The notes beneath the pieces were generated by a model. It saw only the letters and a list, made by a program, of their open reading frames with translations, made no database searches and had not been told where the DNA came from. This document shows positions 1-9,846 of a DNA stretch of 34,705 bases, in pieces. The stretch comes from a virus (lineage: Duplodnaviria; Caudoviricetes). Position 1 is the first letter of the stretch, and the number at the start of each line of letters is the position of its first letter. The position numbers and the translations under genes are program-made. The stretch spans positions 1-34,705 of the IMG/VR virus record IMGVR_UViG_3300044723_008891. One strand, written 5' to 3'.

Positions 1-350
1 ATCCCAATTGGCACTGGTTGTGTTGACACTGTTGCGTGTGCTGTTCCAATCAGCGCTGTTGACACTAACGTCTGTGTAAACGTTGTTCCAATCAGCACTG
101 GTTTCACTCACGTCTGTGTAAACGTTGTTCCAATTGGCGCTTGTTGTGTTGACACTGTTGCGTGTGCTGTTCCAATCAGCGCTGTTGACACTAACATCTG
201 TGTAAACATTGTTCCAATTGGCGCTCGTTAAACTTACATCCGTGTAAACGTTGTTCCAATTGGCGCTGGTCAAATTAACGTCTGTGTAAACATTGTTCCA
301 ATTGGCGCTCGTTAAACTTACATCTGTGTAAACATTGTTCCAATTGGCGC
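1..350 (-). repeat. 42-bp (14-aa) coding tandem repeats, block 4 (WNNVYTDVSxTSAN / WNSTRNSVNTTSAD)
   Basis: gttccaat(t/c) recurs with a 42-nt period; the translation has Trp every 14 residues. Confidence 0.9.
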
Positions 351-3300
351 TATTGTTATCCAGATACTCTGTTAATCCATCAATTGCAGAAGAAAGTGAT
401 TGTATTTGGTTACTCTCTTCCCATTCAGCGCTGTATGTGTTGACAGTTAAATATACTGAATCCCAATTTCCACTCTTTGCTAAAACATTATTGTAAACAG
501 ATTTAAAATTATATATATCATCATTAGATATTGTTTGATCAACAAGAGTTATATCACCATCCACTCTGAGATCACCATCAATAATATCATAACCACTGAG
601 TTCTCTAACCTTGATGTCAATAACGTCAACAAAGCTACTCAAAGCTGTTATGCTCGTGAATACGGCTGTAGTGCCTGTTAAATGTCCTGTTAAATCAAGA
701 TCACCTGTGATTGTGTCACCAGAGACATTGACATATGTGGTTCTGTTGTAATCGCTGTTGTTAGTAGCGCTGTCAGCTTGCACCCAACTGTAAACACTGT
801 CCCAATTGGCACTCGTTGCTAACACGCTAGAGTGTGAACTGTTCCAATTGTCTTTTTCTGTTTGTTCAACAAACTTATGTTCTGTGTGTATATCATCTAG
901 ATCATCCGGATCAAGAGTGACACTCGGGCCTTGGTAACCATTAATAAAACGTACCATGTTGTTAGGCGCGAATAACTTCTCAAATCCTGCGTATGCGGCG
1001 ATATTGGAATAGTAAACACCTGTTGGGTAATCTGTTGTGGCTATTAAATTATCTTCAGTAGAATTGACGAGAACTATATCACCTCTATGTAATCTATAGC
1101 GTAGATCCTCCACAAGAGATGGATTCTCAACTCTGTATACATTTGTTATAGCTACCGCCGGTACTTGATCATCTCTAAGTACTAAATTACCATTAACATC
1201 AGCTGATAGAGTTGCAAAGCCTGAATCACCGCTTGTTGAGTTAATATAACTATAAACACTGTTCCAATCAGCACTGGTTTCACTCACATCAGTGTAAACA
1301 TTGTTCCAATTAGCGCTGGTACTATTAACACTGTTACGTGTGCTGTTCCAGTCGGCACTGGTCTCGCTAACATCAGTGTAAACGTTGTTCCAATTGGCGC
1401 TGGTTGCGTTGACACTTGAACGTGTGCTGTTCCAATCAGCACTGGTTTCACTCACGTCAGTGTAAACACTATCCCAATTGGCGCTGGTTGCGTTGACACT
1501 TGAACGTGTGCTGTTCCAATCAGCACTAGTCAAACTAACATCTGTGTAAACATTGTTCCAGTTAGCACTGGTCAAACTTACGTCTGTGTAAACATTGTTC
1601 CAATTGGCGCTTGTTGTGTTGACACTTGTACGTGTGCTGTTCCAGTCGGCACTGGTCTCGCTAACATCAGTGTAAACATTGTTCCAGTTAGCACTGGTTG
1701 TGTTGACACTGTTGCGTGTGCTGTTCCAATCAGCACTAGTCAAACTAACATCTGTGTAAACATTGTTCCAGTTAGCACTGGTTGTGTTGACACTGTTGCG
1801 TGTGCTGTTCCAGTCGGCACTGGTCTCGCTAACATCAGTGTAAACATTGTTCCAATTGGCGCTGGTCAAACTTACGTCTGTGTAAACATTTTTCCCATTT
1901 TTACTATCCACACTTGTGAAAATCTCACCGTCCGAGAAAATCAGGCTATGTTCGTCGAGATATATATCACCAGCAGCACTGATCGATCCACCAACAGTCA
2001 AGTCACCATCGATGATATCGTAACCGCTCAACTCTCTAACTTTGATGTCGATAACATCTACAAAGCTACTCACTGCTGTGATGCTGGTGAAGTATGCTTC
2101 GTTGCTTGTTATTTTACCGGTGATGTCAAGATCACCAGTGATTGTGTCGCCGGAGACATTGACAAATGTGGTTCTGTTGTAATCACTGTTGTTAGTGGCA
2201 CTGTCACTACTAACAAAACTGTAAACTTTGTTCCAACTAGCACTAGTCTCACTAACATCCGTGTAAACGTTGTTCCAACTGGCACTTGTGTTATGAACAC
2301 TGTTACGCGTGCTGTTCCAATCTGCACTGTTGACACTAACATCTGTGTAAACGTTATCCCAATTGGCGCTGGTCTCACTAACATCTGTGTAGACGCTGTT
2401 CCAATTGGCACTGGTTAAACTTACATCCGTGTAAACGTTATCCCAATTGGCACTTGTGTTATGAACACTGTTGCGTGTGCTGTTCCAGTCGGCACTGGTC
2501 TCACTAACATCTGTGTAGACGCTGTTCCAATTGGCACTGGTTGCGTTGACACTGTTACGTGTGCTGTTCCAATCAGCACTGGTCTCACTAACATCTGTGT
2601 AGACGCTGTTCCAATTGGCACTGGTTGCGTTGACACTGTTACGTGTGCTGTTCCAATCAGCACTGGTGTTGTGAACACTACTGTACGTGCTGTTTAAATT
2701 TTTGCTATTACCACCAGACCAATATAAATCCTCTGCATGTAAGTTTTTTGTGTATACGTTCTTCCAACGTTTGTCAGGTTCACCTATATTATATATAACA
2801 TCCTTGTCAGGTGTGAAATTACTATCAATATCTGCATGAAACTGTACATTGTCTTGATCACTATCACCAACATTGATGATACCATCGAACCCTGCACTTA
2901 AATAAGCGTTACCATCCACTCTAAGATCACCTTTGACATGTAAATCTTCACTGATAGTTAGACTTCCTGACAAACTATCAACAACAATTGAGTCAGTAAT
3001 AGTAATGTTACCATCTATTGTTGTGTCACCTTTTACATTTAAAGCACCCTCAACATCAAAATCAGCTGTTGTTACAGTGTCAAGACGCTTAGGTTTGTCT
3101 TGAACCAATACATTTCTAGTCCAGAACTCCACATCAACTTGCGGTACAACCGCTATCTTGACAATACGTTCATTTGTAGGTACATCTGTGGCTGATAGAA
3201 CAACAGCAGTAACAGTCGCGAATGGATTGTCACTTGTGTGTAACAGATGACTAGTATCATCAAGAACTACTGCTTGTGTGTTGTAGTCGTCCCACTTGGC

Positions 3301-6300
3301 AACAATCTGATAATTAAATGTTTGCGTGTCTCCGGCTTCAACACCTAACGTTACATCGTCTTCTAAAGCTTCGAATGTGAATGAGAAGAAGTTTTGTATA
3401 GTCGAAGTGTCATCATTGTACAAATCATACTCAATACCAACATCTGTACCGACAAAAGTTTGTGTTGTACCGTTAACATATCTTGTGGTGGTGTGATTTT
3501 TTGTCGCAACTCCGGACAACACGTTCATTTCCGTCGCTCCATTTGTACCTCCACCTACATTTCCGATGGAACTTTCATGTACTGTCAAATAATCAACAAC
3601 GAGATTGCGTATGTTTACTGTTTGTGTTGCAGAAACGTCACCTGTAAATGTTGTCTTCCCGGTGGAACTATCATAACTCAAACCAGGTTCACCGGTTCCT
3701 GATTGAAACAGTTGTAAATCTACTGGTTCATCAGGTCCTCCAATTGTAACAATATCATTACCGTTACTAGAAGTCTTTTCATCTAGTCGTAACATGTTCA
3801 CACCACCTGCAATGAAAGAAATCGTATCAGGTGTGAATCTAATCAGCGTGTCCTCATCATCTGTGTGTCTGATATCACTCGCTAATCGCAAATTACCGTC
3901 AATTATATGAACATTACCAAACACCTCTAACGTCGGATCTGGTTGCATCTCTACAACCCCTTCTGGAAGCTCTCCAATCTGTACCGGTCCTCTGGCTGTC
4001 ACGCCAGATGTGAATAGAGATCTACAATCAACTTTGAATGGATGTTCCGGTAACTGAGGGAATGTAACATTTTCAACCTCACCGTCAGTTGGATCACCAG
4101 AATTTATTGATCCTGGTAAGTAACCTGTTTGATTACATCCAGTGAACAACCACGGTCCGTTGATTGCTGAGATAGAACCAGTGATGTTAAGATCAGTATG
4201 TACATCAAGACTGTTATCACCTTCAATTAACATACGACCATCACTTGTATCAACGGTCAATTGGTCCACTTCCAAGTGCGTGTCGATATCAACACCGGAC
4301 TCATTTTCAAAATTGATCTTTCCAGTCCCAGAAACTACAAAATCACCGTCAGTTGTATCGATTGTCACTTGATTGAGTGTTGTGGCTTGTTCAACATTCA
4401 AAGTACCAGGTAAATTCATGTTACCTGCGACTGAAAGATCTTTGGAGAGTACTAGATCGGTTTGTATGTATGTTGTACCATCACCATAAATTGTAAAATC
4501 TCTATTGAAATCTTTATCAGTCACAAACGTTGTGTTTGTGTATGATATTAAATCACCCACGAGTGTTGTTGTTTGGTCAACCCTTAGCTCCTCAATACCA
4601 CTGTACCTAGAATATATGTTTGTGCCCCAGATTTCACGCCAAGCGTAATCACTGCTACCCAAATTATGCAAAGAATTACCATCATCATCCGTAACTGGGA
4701 GTATATCACTATCTACAAATACATTAAAATATAACAAGTCACTCGTTATATCATTACCTAAATGTAAAACATTTTGGTCATCACTATTTAAAAATGTATC
4801 ACCATCAACAGTTAAATTACCTCTGATTAAAACATCACCATTAAAATTCGAATCAGAAACAACATTGAGTGTATCTGCCGTGAGAGATGTTGTTGCTAAT
4901 TGGCCTACGAGTACACTTGGTGCGGTTAAATGTGTTGAGATATAAGCATTATCAGTGTTTAAATTAGTTGTATTCGTATTGTATGTATAAATATTTCTCC
5001 ATACTAAAGAGGTGGAACCTAAATTGAAAATATTACCCTCATCTGGTATAAGATCGCTCGCAATTTTTGAATTGAAAATGATATCATCACTATCAGTATC
5101 ACCAACATTTATTACTCCGCTAGCACCGGCACTAAGATACGCGTTACCATCAACTCTTATATTACCAGTTATATGAAGATTTGAATCAATCCGGACTGGT
5201 GTTGTTATAATAGTCTCACCCTCTCCTAATATCTGTAGATTACCGTCTGTCGTATCAATAATAGTAGTGTCGAGTGTTGTTATTCCGTCAATATCTAATG
5301 AGTCTCTAATATTAGCTGATTGAATCCATGTATGTTCATTTAAATCGACCGGGGCGTTGAAAATTACCTTGTTGTCACCAGCGAACGTGGCCGGTTGATT
5401 GTCGGTGCTTACATCTAATGATGCTAGAATTGTTGGTACATCAACGATTAACCCATTTTTATTTTCCCACGTTAAATCGCTGTAAATTCTTAATGGTCCT
5501 TGAGTTGTATCAACTGTTAATTGTCTGGTTTTTACAGGTAATGTGAACGTTGATTCAACATCCACATTGAACAACCCAGATCCGTTGATATCAACATTGT
5601 TATTGACACTCGTCTCGGCAACAAATGTTTCAACCGTGACGGTCGTTCCTTTGAAATTTGAATCAACGTTGACATCAAGTATATTAACGCCATTGATAAC
5701 AAAATCACCATCATTTGTATTGATAGTGGTTTTGTTTAGATTAGTTGGTGTGTAAACAAAAAATTGCCCCTGACCGTGTATCACAGTGTTACCATCAGTA
5801 GTATCGATTGTAACTCTGTCCAATTGTGTATGAGTATCTACATCCAATCCACCATCTGCTGTGATCAACACACCATTCTCACCAACAATTGATGTTGAAC
5901 CGTCAGTTGTATCTATAGTTACTTGATCTAAGTTTGTATGAGTGTCAATATCAACAGGATTTGCTCCATTGACATAAAAAACACCATCAGATGTATCTAC
6001 AGTTACTTGATCCAAGTATGCATGAGTATCAACATCAAGACCCTGTGAAGCACCAATGTATACATCATTAGTACCGATGATATTCAAGCTGTTGTCACTA
6101 GTGTCGATAGTGACTTGATCCAATTGAGTATGTGTATCAACATCCAATCCATCATCAGTATCAATGTAAACTTTGTTACCACCAGTGATCAACATGTCAC
6201 CATCAGTGGTATCAACCGTCAACTTGTCAACACTAACTGGTTCATCAAAATCCGCCGGTGTATCAACATCTAGTCCACTCTCTGTGGTGATATGCAATTT

Positions 6301-8019
6301 GTTATCACCTTGAACAACCATATCACCATCAGTGGTATCAACGGTTAACTGATCTAACTGTGTGTGTTGATCGATATCAACATGTGTATCAACATTGATC
6401 CCTTCAGGACCTACAACGCGCATCTCTCCATCAGTAGTGTCAACTGTCAATTGATCCAATCTGGTGTGTGTATCGACATCAAGTCCTTGTGTTGCGTCAA
6501 TTTTCACACCGTTACTACCGGTGATTTTGGTGTCACCGTCGTCTGTATAGATTGTCACTTGATCCAATTGTGTGTGACTGTCAATAACAACACCGGATGT
6601 GGTCTGAACAAATATACGATGATCACCATGAACATAAAATTGACCATCAGTTGTGTCGACTGTCAGCTTGTCTAGTTCTGTAGGAACGTCAACATCAAAA
6701 ATATTAGCAGTGGCATCATTGTTACCGCCATGAACATAGAACTTACCATCAGTAGTGTCAACTGTCAGTTTGTCAATGTTGACTGGTTCGTCAAAATCTG
6801 CAGGGGTGTCAACGTCAACTCCGTTGTTTGTCGTGATGTGTAACTTGTTATCACCTTGAACAACCATGTCACCATCACCTGTATCGACTGTCAATTGATC
6901 CAATTGAGTGTGTGTGTCAATATCCACTCCTGGATCTGTGTTGATATATACAAGATTGTCACCAGTGACAAACATTCTATCATCAGTTGTGTCGACCGTC
7001 AGTTTATCAAGCTCTGTTGGTACATCAACATCAAAAATATTAGCAGTGGCATCATTGTTACCGCCATGAACATAGAACTTACCATCAGTAGTGTCAACTG
7101 TGAGCTTGTCTAGCTCGGTCGGAACATCAACATCAACAATGTTAGCAGTAGCATCGTTGCTACCACCATGAACATAGAACTTCCCGTCCGTAGTATCAAC
7201 AGTCAATTTATCAAGCTCGGTAGGAACATCAACATCAAAAATGTTAGCAGTAGCATCGTTGCTACCACCACTTACCAAGAATTTACCATCAGTAGTGTCA
7301 ATCGTTACTTGATCAAGATATGTGTGATCATTCACATGTAATCCACCCTCGATGTACAATGATCCACTAGTACCTGGATCTTTTTGTTGGTTTTGGTCGG
7401 CTACTTCATTTGGATCCGACACAACACTCACACTACCAACGATGGTCATTCGTTGATTCGGACGATCTATTTCATCTAAATTACCAAGATTTATACCAAT
7501 CCATCCACCTAGTTCACTTTTGTTGTCAGCAGAACCTGTTATTAAGAATGTTGAGATGCTATCATTTTTGAAATGAACAATATCATTTGTACCATACTGA
7601 TCAACAGTCAAGGCGGCAGTTTTACCGTTGGTATTATCAGCTAAAACTTCAATTTCCGTTGCACTCTTGGCATGTACTTGTGTGTGTAGATATGTTAACT
7701 CACCTAAAGCTGTAAGGTTCCCGGTGATAGTAACATCACCGTCCACCAACATGCTGTCTCTGAACACATTCCAGCCAACAGGATTCAACACTTCATATGG
7801 TAAATCTAATGTGTCTCTGTTACGCGACTTACCAGCATTACCATTATTGAATGGATGTGTGTTGTTGGCACTGATCACACCATTCAAACAAAAATCACCT
7901 ATGAATGGAAACTCAGGACTCGCAATTGGATCCAAACCACTATCGATAATATGAGGACTAGGAAGAGTGTGGTGATTTGCAGAGTGAAATTTGTTGTGAA
8001 ACTTTCGATTACCGGCCAT
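1..8019 (-). CDS. Giant repeat-rich tail-fibre/virion structural protein, at least 2673 aa, C-terminus runs off the window
   Basis: ATG at 8019 (MAGNRKFHNKFHSANHHTLPSPHIIDSGLDPIASPEFPF...), 6 nt after an ATAAGTA box. The frame is stop-free in all lines spot-checked (1, 361, 2701, 4561, 4621, 5521, 7141-7321, 7921). Its absence from the ORF track fits a frame with no stop before the window edge. It contains fibre-type motifs (GDLxVDG, P...LGS...W, FATLSADVNGNL...QVP, VRFINGYQGPSVTL) and several repeat arrays. Confidence 0.88.
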   Translation of the reverse strand, partial: MAGNRKFHNKFHSANHHTLPSPHIIDSGLDPIASPEFPFIGDFCLNGVISANNTHPFNNGNAGKSRNRDTLDLPYEVLNPVGWNVFRDSMLVDGDVTITGNLTALGELTYLHTQVHAKSATEIEVLADNTNGKTAALTVDQYGTNDIVHFKNDSISTFLITGSADNKSELGGWIGINLGNLDEIDRPNQRMTIVGSVSVVSDPNEVADQNQQKDPGTSGSLYIEGGLHVNDHTYLDQVTIDTTDGKFLVSGGSNDATANIFDVDVPTELDKLTVDTTDGKFYVHGGSNDATANIVDVDVPTELDKLTVDTTDGKFYVHGGNNDATANIFDVDVPTELDKLTVDTTDDRMFVTGDNLVYINTDPGVDIDTHTQLDQLTVDTGDGDMVVQGDNKLHITTNNGVDVDTPADFDEPVNIDKLTVDTTDGKFYVHGGNNDATANIFDVDVPTELDKLTVDTTDGQFYVHGDHRIFVQTTSGVVIDSHTQLDQVTIYTDDGDTKITGSNGVKIDATQGLDVDTHTRLDQLTVDTTDGEMRVVGPEGINVDTHVDIDQHTQLDQLTVDTTDGDMVVQGDNKLHITTESGLDVDTPADFDEPVSVDKLTVDTTDGDMLITGGNKVYIDTDDGLDVDTHTQLDQVTIDTSDNSLNIIGTNDVYIGASQGLDVDTHAYLDQVTVDTSDGVFYVNGANPVDIDTHTNLDQVTIDTTDGSTSIVGENGVLITADGGLDVDTHTQLDRVTIDTTDGNTVIHGQGQFFVYTPTNLNKTTINTNDGDFVINGVNILDVNVDSNFKGTTVTVETFVAETSVNNNVDINGSGLFNVDVESTFTLPVKTRQLTVDTTQGPLRIYSDLTWENKNGLIVDVPTILASLDVSTDNQPATFAGDNKVIFNAPVDLNEHTWIQSANIRDSLDIDGITTLDTTIIDTTDGNLQILGEGETIITTPVRIDSNLHITGNIRVDGNAYLSAGASGVINVGDTDSDDIIFNSKIASDLIPDEGNIFNLGSTSLVWRNIYTYNTNTTNLNTDNAYISTHLTAPSVLVGQLATTSLTADTLNVVSDSNFNGDVLIRGNLTVDGDTFLNSDDQNVLHLGNDITSDLLYFNVFVDSDILPVTDDDGNSLHNLGSSDYAWREIWGTNIYSRYSGIEELRVDQTTTLVGDLISYTNTTFVTDKDFNRDFTIYGDGTTYIQTDLVLSKDLSVAGNMNLPGTLNVEQATTLNQVTIDTTDGDFVVSGTGKINFENESGVDIDTHLEVDQLTVDTSDGRMLIEGDNSLDVHTDLNITGSISAINGPWLFTGCNQTGYLPGSINSGDPTDGEVENVTFPQLPEHPFKVDCRSLFTSGVTARGPVQIGELPEGVVEMQPDPTLEVFGNVHIIDGNLRLASDIRHTDDEDTLIRFTPDTISFIAGGVNMLRLDEKTSSNGNDIVTIGGPDEPVDLQLFQSGTGEPGLSYDSSTGKTTFTGDVSATQTVNIRNLVVDYLTVHESSIGNVGGGTNGATEMNVLSGVATKNHTTTRYVNGTTQTFVGTDVGIEYDLYNDDTSTIQNFFSFTFEALEDDVTLGVEAGDTQTFNYQIVAKWDDYNTQAVVLDDTSHLLHTSDNPFATVTAVVLSATDVPTNERIVKIAVVPQVDVEFWTRNVLVQDKPKRLDTVTTADFDVEGALNVKGDTTIDGNITITDSIVVDSLSGSLTISEDLHVKGDLRVDGNAYLSAGFDGIINVGDSDQDNVQFHADIDSNFTPDKDVIYNIGEPDKRWKNVYTKNLHAEDLYWSGGNSKNLNSTYSSVHNTSADWNSTRNSVNATSANWNSVYTDVSETSADWNSTRNSVNATSANWNSVYTDVSETSADWNSTRNSVHNTSANWDNVYTDVSLTSANWNSVYTDVSETSANWDNVYTDVSVNSADWNSTRNSVHNTSASWNNVYTDVSETSASWNKVYSFVSSDSATNNSDYNRTTFVNVSGDTITGDLDITGKITSNEAYFTSITAVSSFVDVIDIKVRELSGYDIIDGDLTVGGSISAAGDIYLDEHSLIFSDGEIFTSVDSKNGKNVYTDVSLTSANWNNVYTDVSETSADWNSTRNSVNTTSANWNNVYTDVSLTSADWNSTRNSVNTTSANWNNVYTDVSETSADWNSTRTSVNTTSANWNNVYTDVSLTSANWNNVYTDVSLTSADWNSTRSSVNATSANWDSVYTDVSETSADWNSTRSSVNATSANWNNVYTDVSETSADWNSTRNSVNSTSANWNNVYTDVSETSADWNSVYSYINSTSGDSGFATLSADVNGNLVLRDDQVPAVAITNVYRVENPSLVEDLRYRLHRGDIVLVNSTEDNLIATTDYPTGVYYSNIAAYAGFEKLFAPNNMVRFINGYQGPSVTLDPDDLDDIHTEHKFVEQTEKDNWNSSHSSVLATSANWDSVYSWVQADSATNNSDYNRTTYVNVSGDTITGDLDLTGHLTGTTAVFTSITALSSFVDVIDIKVRELSGYDIIDGDLRVDGDITLVDQTISNDDIYNFKSVYNNVLAKSGNWDSVYLTVNTYSAEWEESNQIQSLSSAIDGLTEYLDNNSANWNNVYTDVSLTSANWNNVYTDVNLTSANWNNVYTDVSLTSANWNNVYTDVSVNSADWNSTRNSVNTTSANWNNVYTDVSETSADWNNVYTDVSVNSADWNSTRNSVNTTSANWD
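550..2190 (-). repeat. Internally duplicated ~70-aa module (copies at ~550-760 and ~1980-2190, offset 1431 nt)
   Basis: Both copies read NSDYNRTT(Y/F)VNVSGDTITGDLD...FTSITA(L/V)SSFVDVIDIKVRELSGYDIIDGDL. Confidence 0.85.
1255..1900 (-). repeat. 42-bp (14-aa) coding tandem repeats, main block (about 15 units)
   Basis: Same unit; long near-identical stretches such as gtgctgttccagtcggcactggtctcgctaacatcagtgtaaac occur near 1340, 1634 and 1802. Confidence 0.9.
2220..2695 (-). repeat. 42-bp (14-aa) coding tandem repeats, block 1, including an exact 84-bp tandem duplication at 2492-2667
   Basis: The 84 nt starting at 2492 are repeated identically from 2576. Confidence 0.9.
5690..7320 (-). repeat. 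About 16 tandem ~28-43-aa repeats, consensus LD(Q/K)(L/V)TVDTTDG-x-(F/M)-x-V-x-G...(V/F)DVD(T/V)(H/P)T
   Basis: DTTDG-like core counted about 16 times, e.g. LDQVTIDTTDGKFLVSGGSNDATANIFDVDVPTE. Degenerate copies also lie near 5500, 5250, 4350 and 4245. Confidence 0.88.
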
Positions 8020-8025
8020 ATACAA

Positions 8026-8032
8026 TACTTAT
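8026..8032 (-). promoter_or_regulatory. T4-like late promoter variant ATAAGTA for the giant fibre gene
   Basis: 6 nt before ATG 8019; the same variant sits at 14017-14023. Confidence 0.65.
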
Positions 8033-8121
8033 TCTAGGAATAATGTTATAATGTGATAATATTTTAAAAACAGGTCACATATCTCGCTAAACTATTGATT
8101 TATAACAAATAATAATTTATA

Positions 8122-9846
8122 TCAAGTTAAAATTATTGTTCTAGACGGATCTGGATACACATTTATACTCGTTTCTTCCATGTTATCCGCGATAATTTGC
8201 TGCAAATCAAAAATCTTCTTCAAACACCTGTTAACAGTCTCGGATAAAACAACTTCATTACTTGAAATATAATTATCCATCGTGATGTTGTAGTTGAGCC
8301 GCTCAATATCATCTGAATTCACATACCTGAACCCTAAATATTGTGAAATACCCTTATCATCAAAAAAAGTAGCAAATTTTCTTGATATATTCTCTAATAA
8401 CATCAAATTGTTGTATAGTGTCTTGTATATTGCTTTGTTGTAACAAATAACACCAACATTATCATCAGGCTGAACAGCAATTTTATCAAAAAGCATGATG
8501 TTTTGATCGATTTGACTTTCCAGGCTGTTTTGAAAACCAGAATCTTCCAGAAAGCGATACAATGTGTTGTTGTATTTCTCGAAAAGAAGCATCTCATCCT
8601 TCTGTACACCATTGTAAATAACCGGAAAAATTGCTAAATCTTGTAAATCTCTATTGACAGTGCTGGCTCCTATGCTTCGATCTTCAAATCTAAATCTACC
8701 CACGAAGCTAGTCGGTCTAGAAACGTATTTTTTGTAAACATTTTTGTTTGTAATAATGTACATCATGTTCATGTTCTCGATACTGAAATATATTTTTTTG
8801 TATATTTCGGTCGCTACAGTCGATTCATGTTTGTTGAAATCCATCAGGTCGTGAGAATCTAATTTGTTGAACTCCCTATCAAAAGAAACAACTACAGGTA
8901 CTTGATCAGCTATTGTTTCATCATTACATAACATGTAAATTTGATCGAAACGCGGATTGTACTCTACATCTATTAATTTTTGTGTGTTTATTTTACCTAA
9001 ATTGTAACTATTTTTCCAGTTCAAATGTGAATCAAACTGTTTAACCACACATTCTAACGAGATCGGGTCCTGATCAACAATAAAAACATCATCATGAATC
9101 ATAAACAAACACACAGGTGATAAAAATCTAATCTTGTCGTCTAAAATACCATGTCCACCTACCATACCAGTCATCAATCTACCAGGCGTGTCATTTTTTA
9201 AAATAGCTTCATCTAGCGCAGTGATACCAGACAGGTCGAACTTGAAGATGATGTTATGATGTGCGTCCAACACAAACAAATCTTTATTATCATTGATATT
9301 CATATCAACAATATTTTCAAAAAATATACCATTAGACGGATGAGTTATATTACTATCTGATCTTATGACACTGCCTAGTGCATCTGGATTTATAATCACA
9401 TCAATACTAACAGTATCTACTCCGCTTAACAAAATTATGTTTGTTGTTGTTGCTGCGATCATGTTGAATGTGTCAGGGTAGAGTGTATTTTGTAACTTGA
9501 TCACATGCTTAACACCGTTTAATTCGCTGTCTGGTTCTGGAACGTCTTGGTTCAAATAACTCCACTCCACACCACTACCCTTATCAGAGACTATGCGATC
9601 ACCTATTATGATATCTGGTATATCGTTTGTTGGTATCACTGAATATGACAACAAATACAACCAATTTTTATAGATCGATTCAAGAGAAAAATTAATTGTT
9701 TCGGATAAAACAAAATCGTTTGCGTTAATTTTAATTTCATTCCAATCAACTGGTAATGACACCGTGTCACCCGGTAGGCGATCTTGTAGCAATCCGTAAC
9801 GCCTGATCTCATTCACAATAATACTATCAAAACTCGATGTGTTCAT
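8122..9846 (-). CDS. Putative virion structural protein with NHL/beta-propeller-like blades (574 aa)
   Basis: Long ORF with blade-like strings (LFVLDAHHNIIFKFD, RFLSPVCL, VFIVDQ, VKQFD); overlaps the upstream stop (ATGA); lies between structural genes. Confidence 0.6.
   Translation of the reverse strand: MNTSSFDSIIVNEIRRYGLLQDRLPGDTVSLPVDWNEIKINANDFVLSETINFSLESIYKNWLYLLSYSVIPTNDIPDIIIGDRIVSDKGSGVEWSYLNQDVPEPDSELNGVKHVIKLQNTLYPDTFNMIAATTTNIILLSGVDTVSIDVIINPDALGSVIRSDSNITHPSNGIFFENIVDMNINDNKDLFVLDAHHNIIFKFDLSGITALDEAILKNDTPGRLMTGMVGGHGILDDKIRFLSPVCLFMIHDDVFIVDQDPISLECVVKQFDSHLNWKNSYNLGKINTQKLIDVEYNPRFDQIYMLCNDETIADQVPVVVSFDREFNKLDSHDLMDFNKHESTVATEIYKKIYFSIENMNMMYIITNKNVYKKYVSRPTSFVGRFRFEDRSIGASTVNRDLQDLAIFPVIYNGVQKDEMLLFEKYNNTLYRFLEDSGFQNSLESQIDQNIMLFDKIAVQPDDNVGVICYNKAIYKTLYNNLMLLENISRKFATFFDDKGISQYLGFRYVNSDDIERLNYNITMDNYISSNEVVLSETVNRCLKKIFDLQQIIADNMEETSINVYPDPSRTIILT

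Noticed and set aside
1-2695. CRISPR-like appearance of the 42-bp periodic repeats
   Set aside because: There are no unique spacers; the period is a multiple of 3 and lies within an open frame; no cas genes are present.
1-2695. Ice-nucleation or antifreeze protein interpretation of the Thr/Ser/Asn repeats
   Set aside because: The repeats lack the Gly-rich AGYGST-type 16-mers or regular TxT ladders; the periodicity fits heptads better.
1948-8037. ORF-track ORFs in this interval (e.g. 1948..2418, 2109..2411, 2421..2678, 6364..6675, 7628..7954)
   Set aside because: These are shadow frames of the giant minus-strand gene, kept open by repeats and codon bias.
8088-8100. IHF consensus match (AATCAATAGTTTA, minus strand) and weak inverted repeats in the 8033-8121 gap
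   Set aside because: A single degenerate match in AT-rich DNA is expected by chance, and there is no supporting context.
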